Shown here: piece by piece, positions 10,460 through 21,816 of the stretch
How positions within the stretch are numbered: position 1 is the first letter of the stretch
Layout: the number at the start of each line of letters is the position of its first letter
Assembly: GCF_006345805.1 (NCBI RefSeq)
Contig: NW_021836543.1
Span: 1-23,898 of the forward strand
DNA length: 23,898 nt
Direction of reading: 5' to 3'
From: Octopus sinensis
Taxonomy: Eukaryota
The notes under the pieces: model-generated
Databases searched by the model: none
Told to the model about the DNA's origin: nothing
The model's input: only the letters and a program-made list of their open reading frames with translations
Position numbers and translations under genes: made by a program

Positions 10460-11125
10460 ATATTCGAACCCTAGGGAGAGCACTGCTTACTCCACGTGGA
10501 GAGGGGCCTAGAAAAGGTGGCCTAAAGAAAGCTAGTTTCCTACACAACCATTGGCAAACCACTGCAAACGAGCATCGTTTTCAAGCGGTCGAATACGCAC
10601 AATTACAAAAAGGAAAGACTCCACACACCCTTGAAATATTGCCAAGCGTATGAGGATAGGATCGCATGTTAGAACACCAGGACTATTCTTGATACAGGGG
10701 ATACAGGTCGCCCAGAACGCCGATCCGCTCTCATTGTAGATAAACGACAACGGGCGACTCTTGCTTGAGTTTTGCACTGAACATCAGCTCGTTATCACCA
10801 ATACTATCTTTCAGCAAAAATGTAGTCTGAAAACAACCTGGATGCATCCCCGGTCAAAACACTGGCACCTCCTTGGCTATGTCCTAGTGCGTCAACGAGA
10901 CTAGTCTGACGTCATGCTCACCAGAATGAATCCTAGTGCAGAATGCCATACCGACCATCGCCTGGTCCATTGCAAGCTCAAACCTCACTTCAAGCCCAAA
11001 CCAACAAAATATGACAGGACCGACCAACAACAAGAAGATCAAAACTAGCGGTCTGCATCTAAATAAAGTGAAAATAAACTTCCAGGCAAGACTACATGCA
11101 AAGCTTAATAAATCCAGATCTCTTT
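10460..11125 (+). mobile_element. RTE-clade (BovB-like) LINE 5' fragment, AP-endonuclease domain with internal deletion
   Basis: IAC*NTRTILDTGDTGRPERRSALI joined to NDNGRLLLEFCTEHQLVITNTIFQQKCSLKTTWMHPRSKHWHLLGYVLVRQRD*SDVMLTRMNPSAECHTDHRLVHCKL (EEP motifs TWMHPRSKHWH and TDHRLV). Confidence 0.9.
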
Positions 11126-11129
11126 AAGA

Positions 11130-11955
11130 ATGTTTGTTTGTTTTTTTACAATTAGCTATTTCATCTTTAATCTTTTAATATGTTTATTAGTAATAATGAA
11201 TTATTAATTTATCAGGTAATTATTATACGTGCATATATATTTATTGATAGAGAGAATTTTAGATCTTAATTACAATATTTATATATTTTCATTGATAATT
11301 TATATATTATTCAAATATTATATATTTAATAATATGAATAGCTTTTTTTGTAAAATATTTATGTAATTAGATATTGACTATAACTGATATTAGATTATTT
11401 GTGGATTTCTTACCTTAAAAATTAAAAATTAATATTTAACATTATAATCGATTGTATGACATAATCATGACCGTTAAGTTTCTAGTTTGATAATAGAGTT
11501 TTTTATAAGAAAAATTATTATTTTATTTATTGCTTAAAAAATATTGTTTAAATATTTCTGATTATTTATTTAAATATTATAATTAACCTGAAGATTGACT
11601 ATAACCATAATTCGAATTATTAATTGAATTTAAATTATTGTTATTCCAATTGGTATATGGGCATGAAACGATCGTAGTGGTTTTACTCTTTATCTTATAT
11701 TAAACTTTTAATACTTTTTGATAGTTATATTTAATATAGAAAAAAAAAATAATAATAAAATATATATATATTTAAAAATTTATAGGTATAAATTATTAAT
11801 TTAAATATTTTTAAAAATTTTAACTTTAATTTAAATATTTTAAATTTTGAATTTTATATTTTATATATTTTTGTATTAATTAATTTTATTTCTATGTATT
11901 GGTTTATGATTTTCACTGTTTGATTTGCCTAATAGTGGTTTTTTATCTTATTTAT

Positions 11956-11995
<40 letters not shown>

Positions 11996-12474
11996 GGCGC
12001 AGGAGTGGCTGTGTGGTAAGTAGCTTGCTAACCAACCACATGGTTCCGGGTTCAGTCCCACTGCGTAGCATCTTGGGCAAGTGTCTTCTGCTATAGCCCC
12101 GGGCCGACCAATGCCTTGTGAGTGGATTTGGTAGATGGAAACTGAAAGAAGCCTGTCGTATATATGTATATATATATATAAGTGTGTGTGTATGTGTTTG
12201 TGTGTCTGTGTTTGTCCCCCTAGCATTGCTTGACAACCGATGCTGGTGTGTTTACGTCCCCGTCACTTAGCGGTTCGGCAAAATGAACCGATAGAATAAG
12301 TACTGGGCTTACAAAGAATAAGTCCCGGAGTCGATTTGCTCGACTAAAGGCGGTGCTCCAGCATGGCCGCAGTCAAATGACTGAAACAAGTAAAAGAGTA
12401 TATATATTTATACTATAAAATTGGATTTAATCTTAAATCTAATTTTTTCCTGTAAGTTTGGATTTACTCCCTAA

Positions 12475-12500
<26 letters not shown>
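11130..12500 (-). mobile_element. Longer copy of the AT-rich repeat family, interrupted by a SINE
   Basis: ~11740-11960 plus 12400-12500 is the reverse complement of 8048-8380. Extremely AT-rich sequence continues to ~11130 (left boundary uncertain). Confidence 0.62.
11995..12400 (+). mobile_element. tRNA-derived SINE (octopus OK-like), full length, nested in an AT-rich repeat
   Basis: aggcgcaggagtggctgtgtggtaag...ggttcagtcccactg...gactgaaacaagtaaaagag. Inserted in the (TA)n run of the 11130-12500 element. Confidence 0.88.
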
Positions 12501-12508
<8 letters not shown>

Positions 12509-13006
12509 GAGTGAGAGAGCAGTTCATGCCATCAAAGTGACACTGGGGTAAAATATACGAAGCCCAATATACCCATCATGACTACCCGTCTGATAAAGGT
12601 ACACCAGGCACATGCATCACAACCATATGTGCGCGACATGGTGATCTCATATCAAGATAAACAGCACATGACCTTGCAGGTGGGGCCCAGTTAGAATTTT
12701 CTTCAGGTTGAGTAGCCCATCCCGCTCAAACGGTCCCTGAATAAGGGTTGTTTAAGGATGTTGAAAGAACCACCTATGTTTCTAGAGGTGAACTATTCAA
12801 ACCCCAAAGAATCCCTCTCAACACATGGCTATGATGCTCCCCCACTACTTCTTCTGCTCGTGATCAAGATGCACTATCTTCAGCCACTAAGGGACATGCT
12901 CAACTGGTTAAGGTCAAACAACTGACAGCAAATCTGTGGTATTGAGCAGAATATTTGCTGTAGCCCATCTTTTATACCAAGACAAAACATGTACATTATT
13001 TTATTA

Positions 13007-13071
<65 letters not shown>

Positions 13072-13264
13072 TATTATTTGTATATTGTATATGTATATAT
13101 ATATACATGTATATACATAAATGTGTAGGTATGTATGTATAATATATATATATATATATATATACCATACATACATATATATATATATATATACATACAT
13201 ACATATACATACATACACACACGCACACGCACACGCACACGCACGCACACACACACACACAAAC

Positions 13265-13304
<40 letters not shown>

Positions 13305-13325
13305 TATATATATATATATATATAT
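12475..13325. repeat. (ATT)n, (TA)n and (CA/CGCA)n microsatellite cluster
   Basis: Directly visible at 12475-12509, 13004-13075 and 13080-13325. Confidence 0.95.
12510..13003 (-). mobile_element. Unclassified ~490-bp retroelement-like segment with (AAT)n tail
   Basis: More GC-rich block bounded on both sides by (ATT)n tracts (12475-12509, 13004-13075). Minus strand ends ctctctcactc(aat)n. No recognisable ORF. Confidence 0.4.
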
Positions 13326-13328
13326 GAT

Positions 13329-13538
13329 GGCGAGCTGGCAGAAACGTTAGCACGCCGGGCGAAATGCATAGCGGTATTTCGTCTGTCTTTACGTTCTGAG
13401 TTCAAATTCCGCCGAGATCGACTTTGCCTTTCATCCTTTCGGGATATATTAAGTACCAGTTGCGTACTTGGGTCCATATAATCGACTGGCCTCCTTCACA
13501 AAAATTTACACATTGTGCCTACAGTAGAAAAGATTATA
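13329..13538 (+). mobile_element. tRNA-derived CORE-type SINE (octopus OR-like, different 3' tail)
   Basis: ggcgagctggcagaaacgttagc...gagttcaaattccgccgagatcgactttgcctttcatcctttcggg...ttgtgcctacagtagaaaagatta. Shares its 5' part with 9326-9549. Confidence 0.85.
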
Positions 13539-13544
13539 CATATA

Positions 13545-14880
13545 GGGATAATCTTTGTTGTTTCATCTTACTACTGTTGGATTACAATTTCATTATTAGT
13601 GATGTTTATAAATCGTTAGTTTTTCCCCTCCGAAGATTTTTCTATAAACCTGAACAACACATCGGTATCTCGAATAGCAATGAAGTTATTCAGAATATAT
13701 TTTGTACCATGAAAACCTCTAAACCGATTGTATGAATGTTGATTCAATTTTTGACGCAGAATTCAAGTCAACTGATTCAAACTTTTATATCATTTCCAGG
13801 AAGTATAAAAGGGTTTTACATTATATATCCGAAAACATAGTTCAATTGCATAATCCCAAACGTAGAAAAAACATTTAGTATAATGGCTGCAAACTAATAA
13901 CTACGAATTGGTAAATGTTATGGTAACTCACGAGCAATTATCAAATGTCTCACGTATTAAAGTATTTCGAAGTTTCTTGGTGCTCTTAAAAGTGGAAGAG
14001 AGATGTTATTCGGAGAAATAAAACTTACTGATATATTGTAATTGGTTGTAGTCCTTGTAACTCATAACTGCTGCGTCGTTTTTACTGTCTTCGAAAAATA
14101 TTTTCCCAAGCAAATTGTATATGAATACATTAAATAAATGGATTTAGACACCGAGGATTTGTCAGGTTAATCTTACACATTAATTTTTAACTCTTCTGGT
14201 ACAAAATAGAATATAATTGTTCGTAATGTCACCAGATCCCTGGAAATAGATAAGGTCAAGCAATCATATAAATGATATGTTTTTCATCAAATAAGACAGA
14301 AGTTATTTGCACAATTTTATCAATAGAAATATTTATAATTAATGTTGCCATATGCACCTTCATAATTATGTTATTGCAGCACATAGTTCTTTCTCAATGT
14401 CAGTCTCTATGGAATGGCCATCTTTTCATAATTGCAAATATATTTTATGTGTAATTTTGTATATTTTATTTATTGCTCTAACGTAACTAATATGAGGTGC
14501 TCTTTGTGCTGGGTCTGCTATTTCATGACATTTGATAATTGGACGTGCATTTTAAGAAAGTTGTAATGCTCCAGGGTTACGTTGATGATGCAAGATCCTT
14601 TGGCTATTCCAATATTTGTAGCAGTATGAAATTGTTATGATATTGTTATCTAATTAACCAACAAAACAACGTGACCATTATCGAAATTTGAACTAATCAC
14701 TTATTGAAATGGCTATGCTTGGGAGAGAATTGTATATTGCCACGTTAGATACTGCCTTGATGACATTAAAAGCACATTGTATCATAACTTGATCGATTAG
14801 AATTCGTTTTTTAAAAGGAATCAATTATAAGGCTGTTGACTGAAGTACTTTACACATTCACATGAATTGATCACTGTGTA
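13545..14880 (-). pseudogene. Probable second Methuselah-like GPCR ectodomain remnant, very decayed, no 7TM region visible
   Basis: Minus-strand fragments YTVINSC..., NSNRSSYDTMCF*CHQG, PWSITTFLKC, EKELCAAIT/GNINYKYFY**NC and NPRCLNPFI resemble the Y-x-N-x-x-C-x-x-C repeat units of the 7537-10333 copy. Frames switch often. Confidence 0.42.
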
Positions 14881-14889
14881 CTGGATAAA

Positions 14890-16010
14890 TGCCAGCAGCA
14901 TTTAGCAGGGTCATGTCCCTACCTGGATGACAAGTGGAGAAACGTCGTTATGTTTCAAGGAACCGTTGAAAGGTAAGTTGGTATCAAAATTTCGGCCTAT
15001 AATATGTTCACTACTTATTTGGAAGTTTATGAGAGATATCTTGGCGGAAAAGTTATATGATCTGGAAGGTAACAAGATACTTATAGAAGAACATAAATGA
15101 TGCACGAAGCAAAATAGGCTTGAAAAATAAAAAGACCAGGTATTAGTTGCTGAAATGATAATTAGAAATTGAAGACGCAGACTGACGGGATTTAATGTAG
15201 CATGGTTGGATTACGGAAAAGCATACAGCGAGGTAAAGCACTTTTGGATAAGTAAAACAGCAAGTTGTTGGGAATGGCAGAAAATATGGAGAAAATGATT
15301 AACGAAAGAATGAAATATTGGAAGACTGAATTGATCAGAGGAAAACAAAGTACAGTCCTGGGGGTAGATGAAATATAACATGAAGAGACAAAATAAATTA
15401 CCAGTAGGGAGTATGCAAGGAGAGTGAGAAAACATTACCGTCAAAACTCAATTAAAAAATGTTATTGAAGCGAAAAGTGAAAGAGATATACCAGTTGTTA
15501 GATTTGGAGTTGGAATCGTAGATTAGATCGCAAGCGGATACAGTAATTTGACAGAAAAAATTAGAAAGCTATTCACAATATATGAAGTCCACCATCCGAA
15601 AGCTGATATTAACAGGTTGTACTTGAAGGGAGACAAGAGTGAAAGACGCTTAATTGCTGTGGAAAAGTGTGGACAGATGGAAAGAAAAGGCCAGCTAGAA
15701 TAGTTACAGAACAGCACAAAAACACTACTAAAGACAGTGAATAAAGAACAGGCGATCAAATGTGAAATAAAAAAAGAATGAAATTCAAAGGGAGCATGCT
15801 AAACAGATTGAAGGGAAACTGCATGGTCGTGAGTTTTGGAAAGTCACTGAGAATGTTTGTGGAACAAAATACTGTGCTTCGCTGAAAAAAAGGGGATTTA
15901 CAAAAGAAACAGAGAGCCTTATAATAGCTCGAAATCATGCGTTATAAACAAATAACGATAAAATATGTGTGGAGTACGAAATTGAAAGCAAAATGTAGAG
16001 CTATGGAAGT
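14890..16010 (+). mobile_element. R4/Dong-like (RLE-type) non-LTR retrotransposon RT remnant with internal deletion
   Basis: TWMTSGETSLCFK..SKFRPIICSLLIWK..EEHK*C..KDQVLV..NVAWLDYGKAYSEVKH, then a jump to REYARRVRK..IPVVRFGVGIVD..HHPKADINRLYLK..KLHG..KETESLIIA. Multiple stops. Confidence 0.82.
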
Positions 16011-16228
16011 ATCTTTGCACAATGCGATGGGTCATCTTCACTCAAGAAGAAAAATCGCAGCACACTCTTCACGTCTGTACAAAACGCGTCCCTTCGAGCG
16101 AACGGCGTAACCTACAGACACAAAACGTTTTCGTATGCTGAGGAGTGACACAGCCACCTAATACTCATGCAGATTTTGCTTACGCATTATTATTCTGTGC
16201 AAAAAAAATCAACATCCGATACTTTTTG

Positions 16229-16366
<138 letters not shown>

Positions 16367-16468
16367 TCAGGGTGAATACTTGATAGTTGTAAGCACCTGT
16401 ATATACCTTTTAGTGGTGTAGGTGATTGAGTATATTAATCAAAATAAAAACATGATTCAAAGGATTTA

Positions 16469-16556
16469 GCGGTACATATGTTTCGGGTCTTTATTAGACG
16501 GTTTTATAACAATGCATAATTGATGTAAATGTGTGTCTATGGCCTTCTTCAGCCGC
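16469..16556 (-). ncRNA. Type I hammerhead ribozyme motif (canonical core, palindromic stem III)
   Basis: Minus strand GCGG-CUGAAGA-a-GG...(~60 nt incl. GUC uaauaaa GAC hairpin)...CC-GAAA-CauauG-U-A-CCGC. Palindromic ACAUAUGU, GUA triplet, predicted cut between 16473 and 16472. Stem II base is only ~2 bp. Confidence 0.68.
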
Positions 16557-16739
16557 GTACAATTACTACCTCAAGGACATATATTACGTTATAAGTATAT
16601 ATATATATATTTGTGTGTGTGTGTGGACGCGCGCGCGCGTGTATGTATATATGTATATATACATACATATATATATTTATATATACATATGCACGCACAC
16701 ACACACCACACACACATATAATATATATATATATATATA

Positions 16740-17928
16740 CAGACATGACAGAAGTAACTAGATATACATTCATATTATTGATTAATTGTTATAATGGAAA
16801 TATTTAATGTCTAGTAGACATTCCCTTTGCATTTTTAAATGCAAGGACCCTATTAGGCATGTTACTGACCAGATGACGAAAATTTCTCTTACGGTATTTC
16901 TTACCAAGTTTCATGCAGTAATCTCAAAAGATCTTGCTTTGAAGATGCTTTCTTGTTCTTTTTATAAAGTGACCTGTCCATTACGTCCCAGAGTTGTTCA
17001 GTTGGGTTCATATCTGGTGACTAGCTTGGCCATGGATGCTTTTTAATGCTGTTCTCATCCAACAAATCTTGGGTCATTTTAGCCGTGTGACAAGGGGCCC
17101 TGACTTCCATAAATAGTCTTCTTTAATCATTTCACCGATGGTGAAGATTGGAAGGAGTCCTTTCAGCAATGTGGACACTTATTCATCTGTGTTTACGATT
17201 CCCTCATACTGCACTCTGATCAGTCATTGCTCCAAAATGCTTCCCAGACCATCACAAAATAGCTGCCGTGTTTCATTGTTGGCTGCAATCTTTTCATATC
17301 AAATTCTTGATCACAATGTCTCGAGACCTACACTCGACCACTGACAGGAAGTAGATCAAATCCGGACTTATGAGAGGGTATGGCAGTGACCCAAAATGTT
17401 AATGGCCACTCCGTCATCTCACTGGCCCATTTTTTTCTCCACTTGATGTTGGATGGTCAAAGAAGTGGCCTCTTTCTTGCTGCCCTGCCATAGTAACCAA
17501 GTTTGTGAAGATACAGGACAGCTTTTCTGGGACTGACATTAATTTGTTCTGCTATGCCAGAGGTCTCACAACGAGGAATATCCTCCACACTTCTCTTAAC
17601 AAAGACAAAGGTCCAGGCGAGATGATGTGGACCACTTCCCCTCTCTGGTGAATTGCACAATCGCTCTTTTAACTGTAGAAAGCGGAATCCCAAGATTTTC
17701 TGCGAGTTTACACTGAGTATGTCCACCATCAGAATGACCCACAATACGGCCGCTGTGATATTCAGACAATTCCAAGGCTTCTTTTGTACATGGAATGATT
17801 AAATAATCACATATAGAACCTGAAACATAACATAAAAATACCAATTAATAAAATACTTAAAACTTTACAAATTAGAATAAACATAAAAAGATGGTTTATG
17901 GGGTGTTTATATATTTCTGTGATATCTG
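16740..17928 (-). mobile_element. Decayed Tc1-family transposon
   Basis: ELSEYHSGRIVG..QCKLAENLGIPLSTVKRAI (HTH), LHKLGYYGRAARKRPLL, PTMKHGSYFVMVW, GAPCHTAK..WPS*SPDMNPTEQLW, MPNRVLAFKNAKGMSTRH* (stop 16804). Weak 14-bp TIR candidates cagacatgacagaa / cagatatcacagaa. Confidence 0.85.
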
Positions 17929-17934
17929 TGTGTG

Positions 17935-18019
<85 letters not shown>

Positions 18020-18098
18020 AAAGAATTCACAAGAAAAGAGACAGGTGGTGTAGATAACAAACAGATGTATTTGTTTAACGCTCGGAAAGCGAATTAGT

Positions 18099-18134
18099 CT
18101 TTAACGTTTCGAGCCTACGCTCTTCCACAGAAAG
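18099..18134 (-). ncRNA. Ultra-minimal hammerhead-like motif with CUGUGGA core (same family as 3862-3899)
   Basis: Minus strand CUUU-CUGUGGA-a-GAGC guag GCUC-GAAA-CG-U-U-AAAG. Stem II and III are identical to the 3862 copy. Confidence 0.55.
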
Positions 18135-18190
18135 GAGCACAGAAAAAAACGGAGAGAAAATAGAGAGAAAATAAAGAATATATATATTTA

Positions 18191-19798
18191 CAGTTGGGGC
18201 CAAAATGTTCCGAACGGCATTGTTTTCGCCAGAAATGTAGATATAAGTTTTTATCAAAGTTGTTTTATGTTCTATAATTTTCACGCACAATAAATACAAT
18301 ATTCATTGCTATTGTCTGAGATTTTGATGTAATTTGAGAGGATAATACAAAAGTTATAGATGATTTAGTGATTTACTGCAAAACCCATGGCGGCCAAAAT
18401 AATCAGAACGGTTGGATAAATAACAAAATAATCAAAAATGACAGAGAATACTGGAATTATTTAATATTTAGTGTGAAGTCCTTTAGCTTCAATCACACTT
18501 TGACATCTTGGACTGCATGAGGAAATTAAATTTTCAATTTCTTGCTAGGTGATCTTATTCCATTCTTCCTGAAGGGCATTCCATAATTGCTCGGTTGTTT
18601 TAGGATTTCTGGCTTTCAAACGTTCTCCTAGAATATTCCACACATTTTTAATAGGATTGAGATCTTGGCTTTGAGCAGGCCAATCTATAATAATAACCTT
18701 TTCAGCCTTGAGGAGTTCATGACCACCTTAGCCTTGTGACATGGGGCATTGTCCTGCATGAATTGGGTGGTCGCTTAGTTGAATTTCTAGCACAGGCATG
18801 ACTGGCTTTTACAAGTTGTTTTATAACTCCTCGCATTTACCTTCCAAGGGCCCACACCACACAGACTTTCATTCCCCCAAACCATGACACTTCCTCCACC
18901 CAATTTAACACTAGTCTTAATGCATTTAGGCGACAATTTTTCACCTACTTTTCAACGAACGTACCTTTTCCCATCTGAGCCAAATAACATAAACTTAGAT
19001 TCATAACTGAAATGCACCGTTTGCCATTTTTCTTGAGACCACAACACATGTTCAGTTGCAAAGGTAAGACGACACTTTTTATTTTTGGAGTTGATCGGTG
19101 GTTTCACTGCAGGTGCTCTTGCTTGTAGGTTATGTTCAACTAAACGATGAGACACAGTTTTTCGAGATAACGTTTTCTTCAGTACAATGCTCATTTCCCG
19201 AGAAGCAGTAGCAGCAGTTTTAAATCTGTCCTTTTTAACCAACTTTACCATAGCACGATCTTCTCTCTTGGTCGTTTTTCTTGGCCTACCTGTAGATTTT
19301 CTTGCTTCACATGAACCACAATCATCAAAGACATTAAGAATACCGTGAACAACACTTTTTGACTTCTTAACAATCTTTGCAATAGACCCAATACTTAAAT
19401 TATCCTTCTTTCGAAGCTTAATAATCTGCTGACGAATTGGTAACGGAGTAAGTGGCATTATATTAACAAAGTACACTGCAGATATTCTTACTAATGTTTA
19501 GTAAACGAACCATCACGTAAACAAATTCAAAACATTAGAATTCGCCGGTTAAATATACTAAAATACGGAGTAAAAGCAACCGTTCGGATCATTTTGGCCG
19601 CCATGGGTTTTGCAGTTAATCACTAAATCATCTTTAACTTTTATATTATCCTCTCAAATTACAACCAATATCTCAGACAATAACATTAATATCGTATTTA
19701 TTGTTGTGAAAATTATAGAATATAAAACAACTTTGATAAAAACTTATACCTACTTTCTGGCGAAAACAATGCCGTTCTGAACATTTTGGCTGCAACTG
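18191..19798 (-). mobile_element. Near-complete 1608-bp Tc1 (DD34E) transposon with ~220-bp IR/DR-type TIRs
   Basis: TA flanks. TIR 18191-~18412 versus ~19578-19798, each with outer (ggccaaaatgttccgaacgg) and inner (ggccaaaataatcagaacgg) direct repeats. Confidence 0.95.
18461..19458 (-). pseudogene. Tc1 transposase, inactivated
   Basis: MPLTPLPIRQQII..GRPRKTT..FSYESKF (first D to Y)..YVR* ..GGGSVMVWG..FMQDNAPCHKAK..WPAQSQDLNPIKNVW (E to K)..KGLHTKY*. 34 residues between D and E after correcting one frameshift. Confidence 0.93.
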
Positions 19799-19817
19799 TA
19801 TATATATATATATATAT

Positions 19818-19863
<46 letters not shown>

Positions 19864-19897
19864 CAGTTGCGGCCTAAATGTTCAGAACGGCATTGTT
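19864..19897 (+). repeat. Isolated third Tc1 TIR end (34 bp)
   Basis: cagttgcggcctaaatgttcagaacggcattgtt matches the outer TIR of 18191-19798 and lies across a ~65-bp TA tract from its right end. Confidence 0.88.
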
Positions 19898-19901
19898 GTT
19901 G

Positions 19902-19933
<32 letters not shown>

Positions 19934-19964
19934 ATATATACACATACACATACCACACACCACG

Positions 19965-19995
<31 letters not shown>

Positions 19996-20007
19996 TATAC
20001 GATGCGC

Positions 20008-20157
20008 TTCTTCAGTTACTTCTACAACATCCACTCAAAGTATTGGTCGGTCAGAGGCTATGGTAGGAGAGACTAGCATAAGAAGCCACGCAGTGGGACT
20101 GATCCGGGAACCATGTGTTTGGTAAGCAAGCTTCTTACGACACAGTCACGCCTGCAT
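20008..20157 (-). mobile_element. Degenerate 5' part of the OK-like SINE
   Basis: Reverse complement aligns by eye with the 5' ~150 nt of 11995-12400, with many substitutions. Confidence 0.7.
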
Positions 20158-20311
20158 CTATCTATCTATCTATCTATCTATCTATATCTATCTATCCTAT
20201 CTATCTAGCGATCTATCTATCTCTCTATCTATCTAATCTACTATCTATTTATCTATATAAATATCTACACACAGACATATAACATATATATCTAATATAT
20301 ATACATATACA

Positions 20312-20351
<40 letters not shown>

Positions 20352-20373
20352 TACAACATATATATATATAATA

Positions 20374-20431
<58 letters not shown>

Positions 20432-20539
20432 GAACGGTCTATATATATATATATATAGACCGGAGTAAACACATAAATGTAAACAAGGTGGAAAAAAGAG
20501 ACTACTCAAATACCAGAGGTAGAGTAATATGCTTTATTT

Positions 20540-20564
20540 ACGGGAACGTGAAACTGAGTAACAG
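20540..20564 (+). ncRNA. 3' half of a hammerhead motif (5' core missing)
   Basis: ACG ggaa CGU-GAAA-CugaG-U-A-ACAG. No CUGANGA or stem I 5' strand immediately upstream. Confidence 0.3.
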
Positions 20565-20899
20565 CTTTTGTTAAATTTCTGCTTATATATATATATATAT
20601 ATATATATAACATACATGCATGCATACATACATACATAAATACATACATATATACATATATATGTAGTTGTATTTATATATTTACATCCCACTACTGCTG
20701 AAATGGGATTCCTGTTATTTAAATATCTTACTGACATTTTGAAATCATTACCTTCTCACTCTACATAAATTTGAAATAAATCATTATTACTAAAACTAAC
20801 AAATCTACCAATCTACGATTGAGGCATAAAATGTGGGAAGGAAGTCGTAACAGCAGTATGTATTGAAAAATGTGTAAATGGATTTTAATATCAATATGA

Positions 20900-21340
20900 T
20901 TACAAAACTTCTTTATAGACAATATTTTGTGTGTGGTCGACACTAATTTTCGAATTACTGGAGTCCGTTGCTCTTCTCATAGCGACGTATAACTGGCCGC
21001 GTGGAAACATCGGAGTGGGTAAAACTACACCTACACGATCTAAAGTTTGGACCTGTGTCTTGTGAATGAAAAAAACCCAGTTTTATGGGAAACTACTTGT
21101 CTTGATTTTCGGCGAGCTAGAGTGTTCCTTACCTGTTCTGAAGCTCTCACTTGAGGATTTTTGCGTGTTACTTGGCGAGCTAAAGTATCCCAGCACTGTT
21201 CCGAAGCTCTCACTTGAGCTTTCCTCTGTGTTATTTGACGAGCTAGCGTATCCCTGTTCTGTTCCGACGCTCTCACTTCTGTATCACGGATAATTCTGAG
21301 TTTCCGTCTCCTTATTCTGTTGGGCTTGTCTGTATTCATT
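20900..21340 (-). mobile_element. Internally deleted Helitron: RepHel N-terminal repeats fused to PIF1 helicase C-terminus
   Basis: Three VRASEQxxxTLAR repeats (ORF 21040-21339) joined at ~21100 to FPIKLGF / IHKTQVQTLDRVGVVLPTPMFPRGQLYVAMRRA..NIVYKEVL* (helicase motifs V-VI, consensus TINKSQGQT and HGQLYVALSR). Confidence 0.85.
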
Positions 21341-21365
21341 GTTCATCAGTATTTAAAAAAAAACC

Positions 21366-21495
21366 CTGCGGTATTTCTTCTGATACTTTACGTTCTGAGT
21401 TCAAATACTGCCGAAGTCAAATTTGTTTTTCATCCCTCCAGATCGAAGTAAAAACTCCCTTTAAGATTGCTGGTCTTGCGCCTATATTAAAAACC
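21366..21495 (+). mobile_element. Truncated degenerate OR-like SINE
   Basis: gcggtatttc...tttacgttctgagttcaaat...ttttcatcc matches 13360-13440. Confidence 0.65.
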
Positions 21496-21780
21496 ACTCT
21501 CTGCTACTATTTCATACTTTTCTCGTGTTAAATGTGTGAGTATATCTACCGGTCGAAGTGCTGATTTTTTTGGCCGCATCATACCTTTCTGCCATGGTTG
21601 AGTTTACTTCGTTAATTATCCGATATCTCAGCTGTAATTTGGTGAGAAACTGTATCTTACCACATCAATCATCAGTGGCATTATGTACTTCAGTGTGTGT
21701 TTTGTTGTTTTGTAGTCATGCATTTCGACTGATTATAAAAGCTGTTCTTTCATGAAATTTAGAACTACAAATACCAGCAC

Positions 21781-21785
21781 CGTCG

Positions 21786-21816
<31 letters not shown>

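Noticed and set aside
6681-13538. tRNA-like A/B boxes as possible tRNA genes
   Set aside because: No cloverleaf; each continues into SINE body and tail sequence.
16110-16190. Minus-strand ctgcatga-gtat...atac-gaaa-acgt resembling a hammerhead
   Set aside because: The core has an insertion and stem I cannot be paired in register with a valid NUH. At most a decayed remnant.
21100-21290. Three ~54-bp direct repeats that might suggest a CRISPR-like array
   Set aside because: They are contiguous, in-frame coding repeats (RASEQ) without unique spacers, in a eukaryotic Helitron context.
21290-21350. CTGATGA...GAAAC on the minus strand
   Set aside because: No stem II or U16.1 pairing; it is the start of the Helitron ORF.
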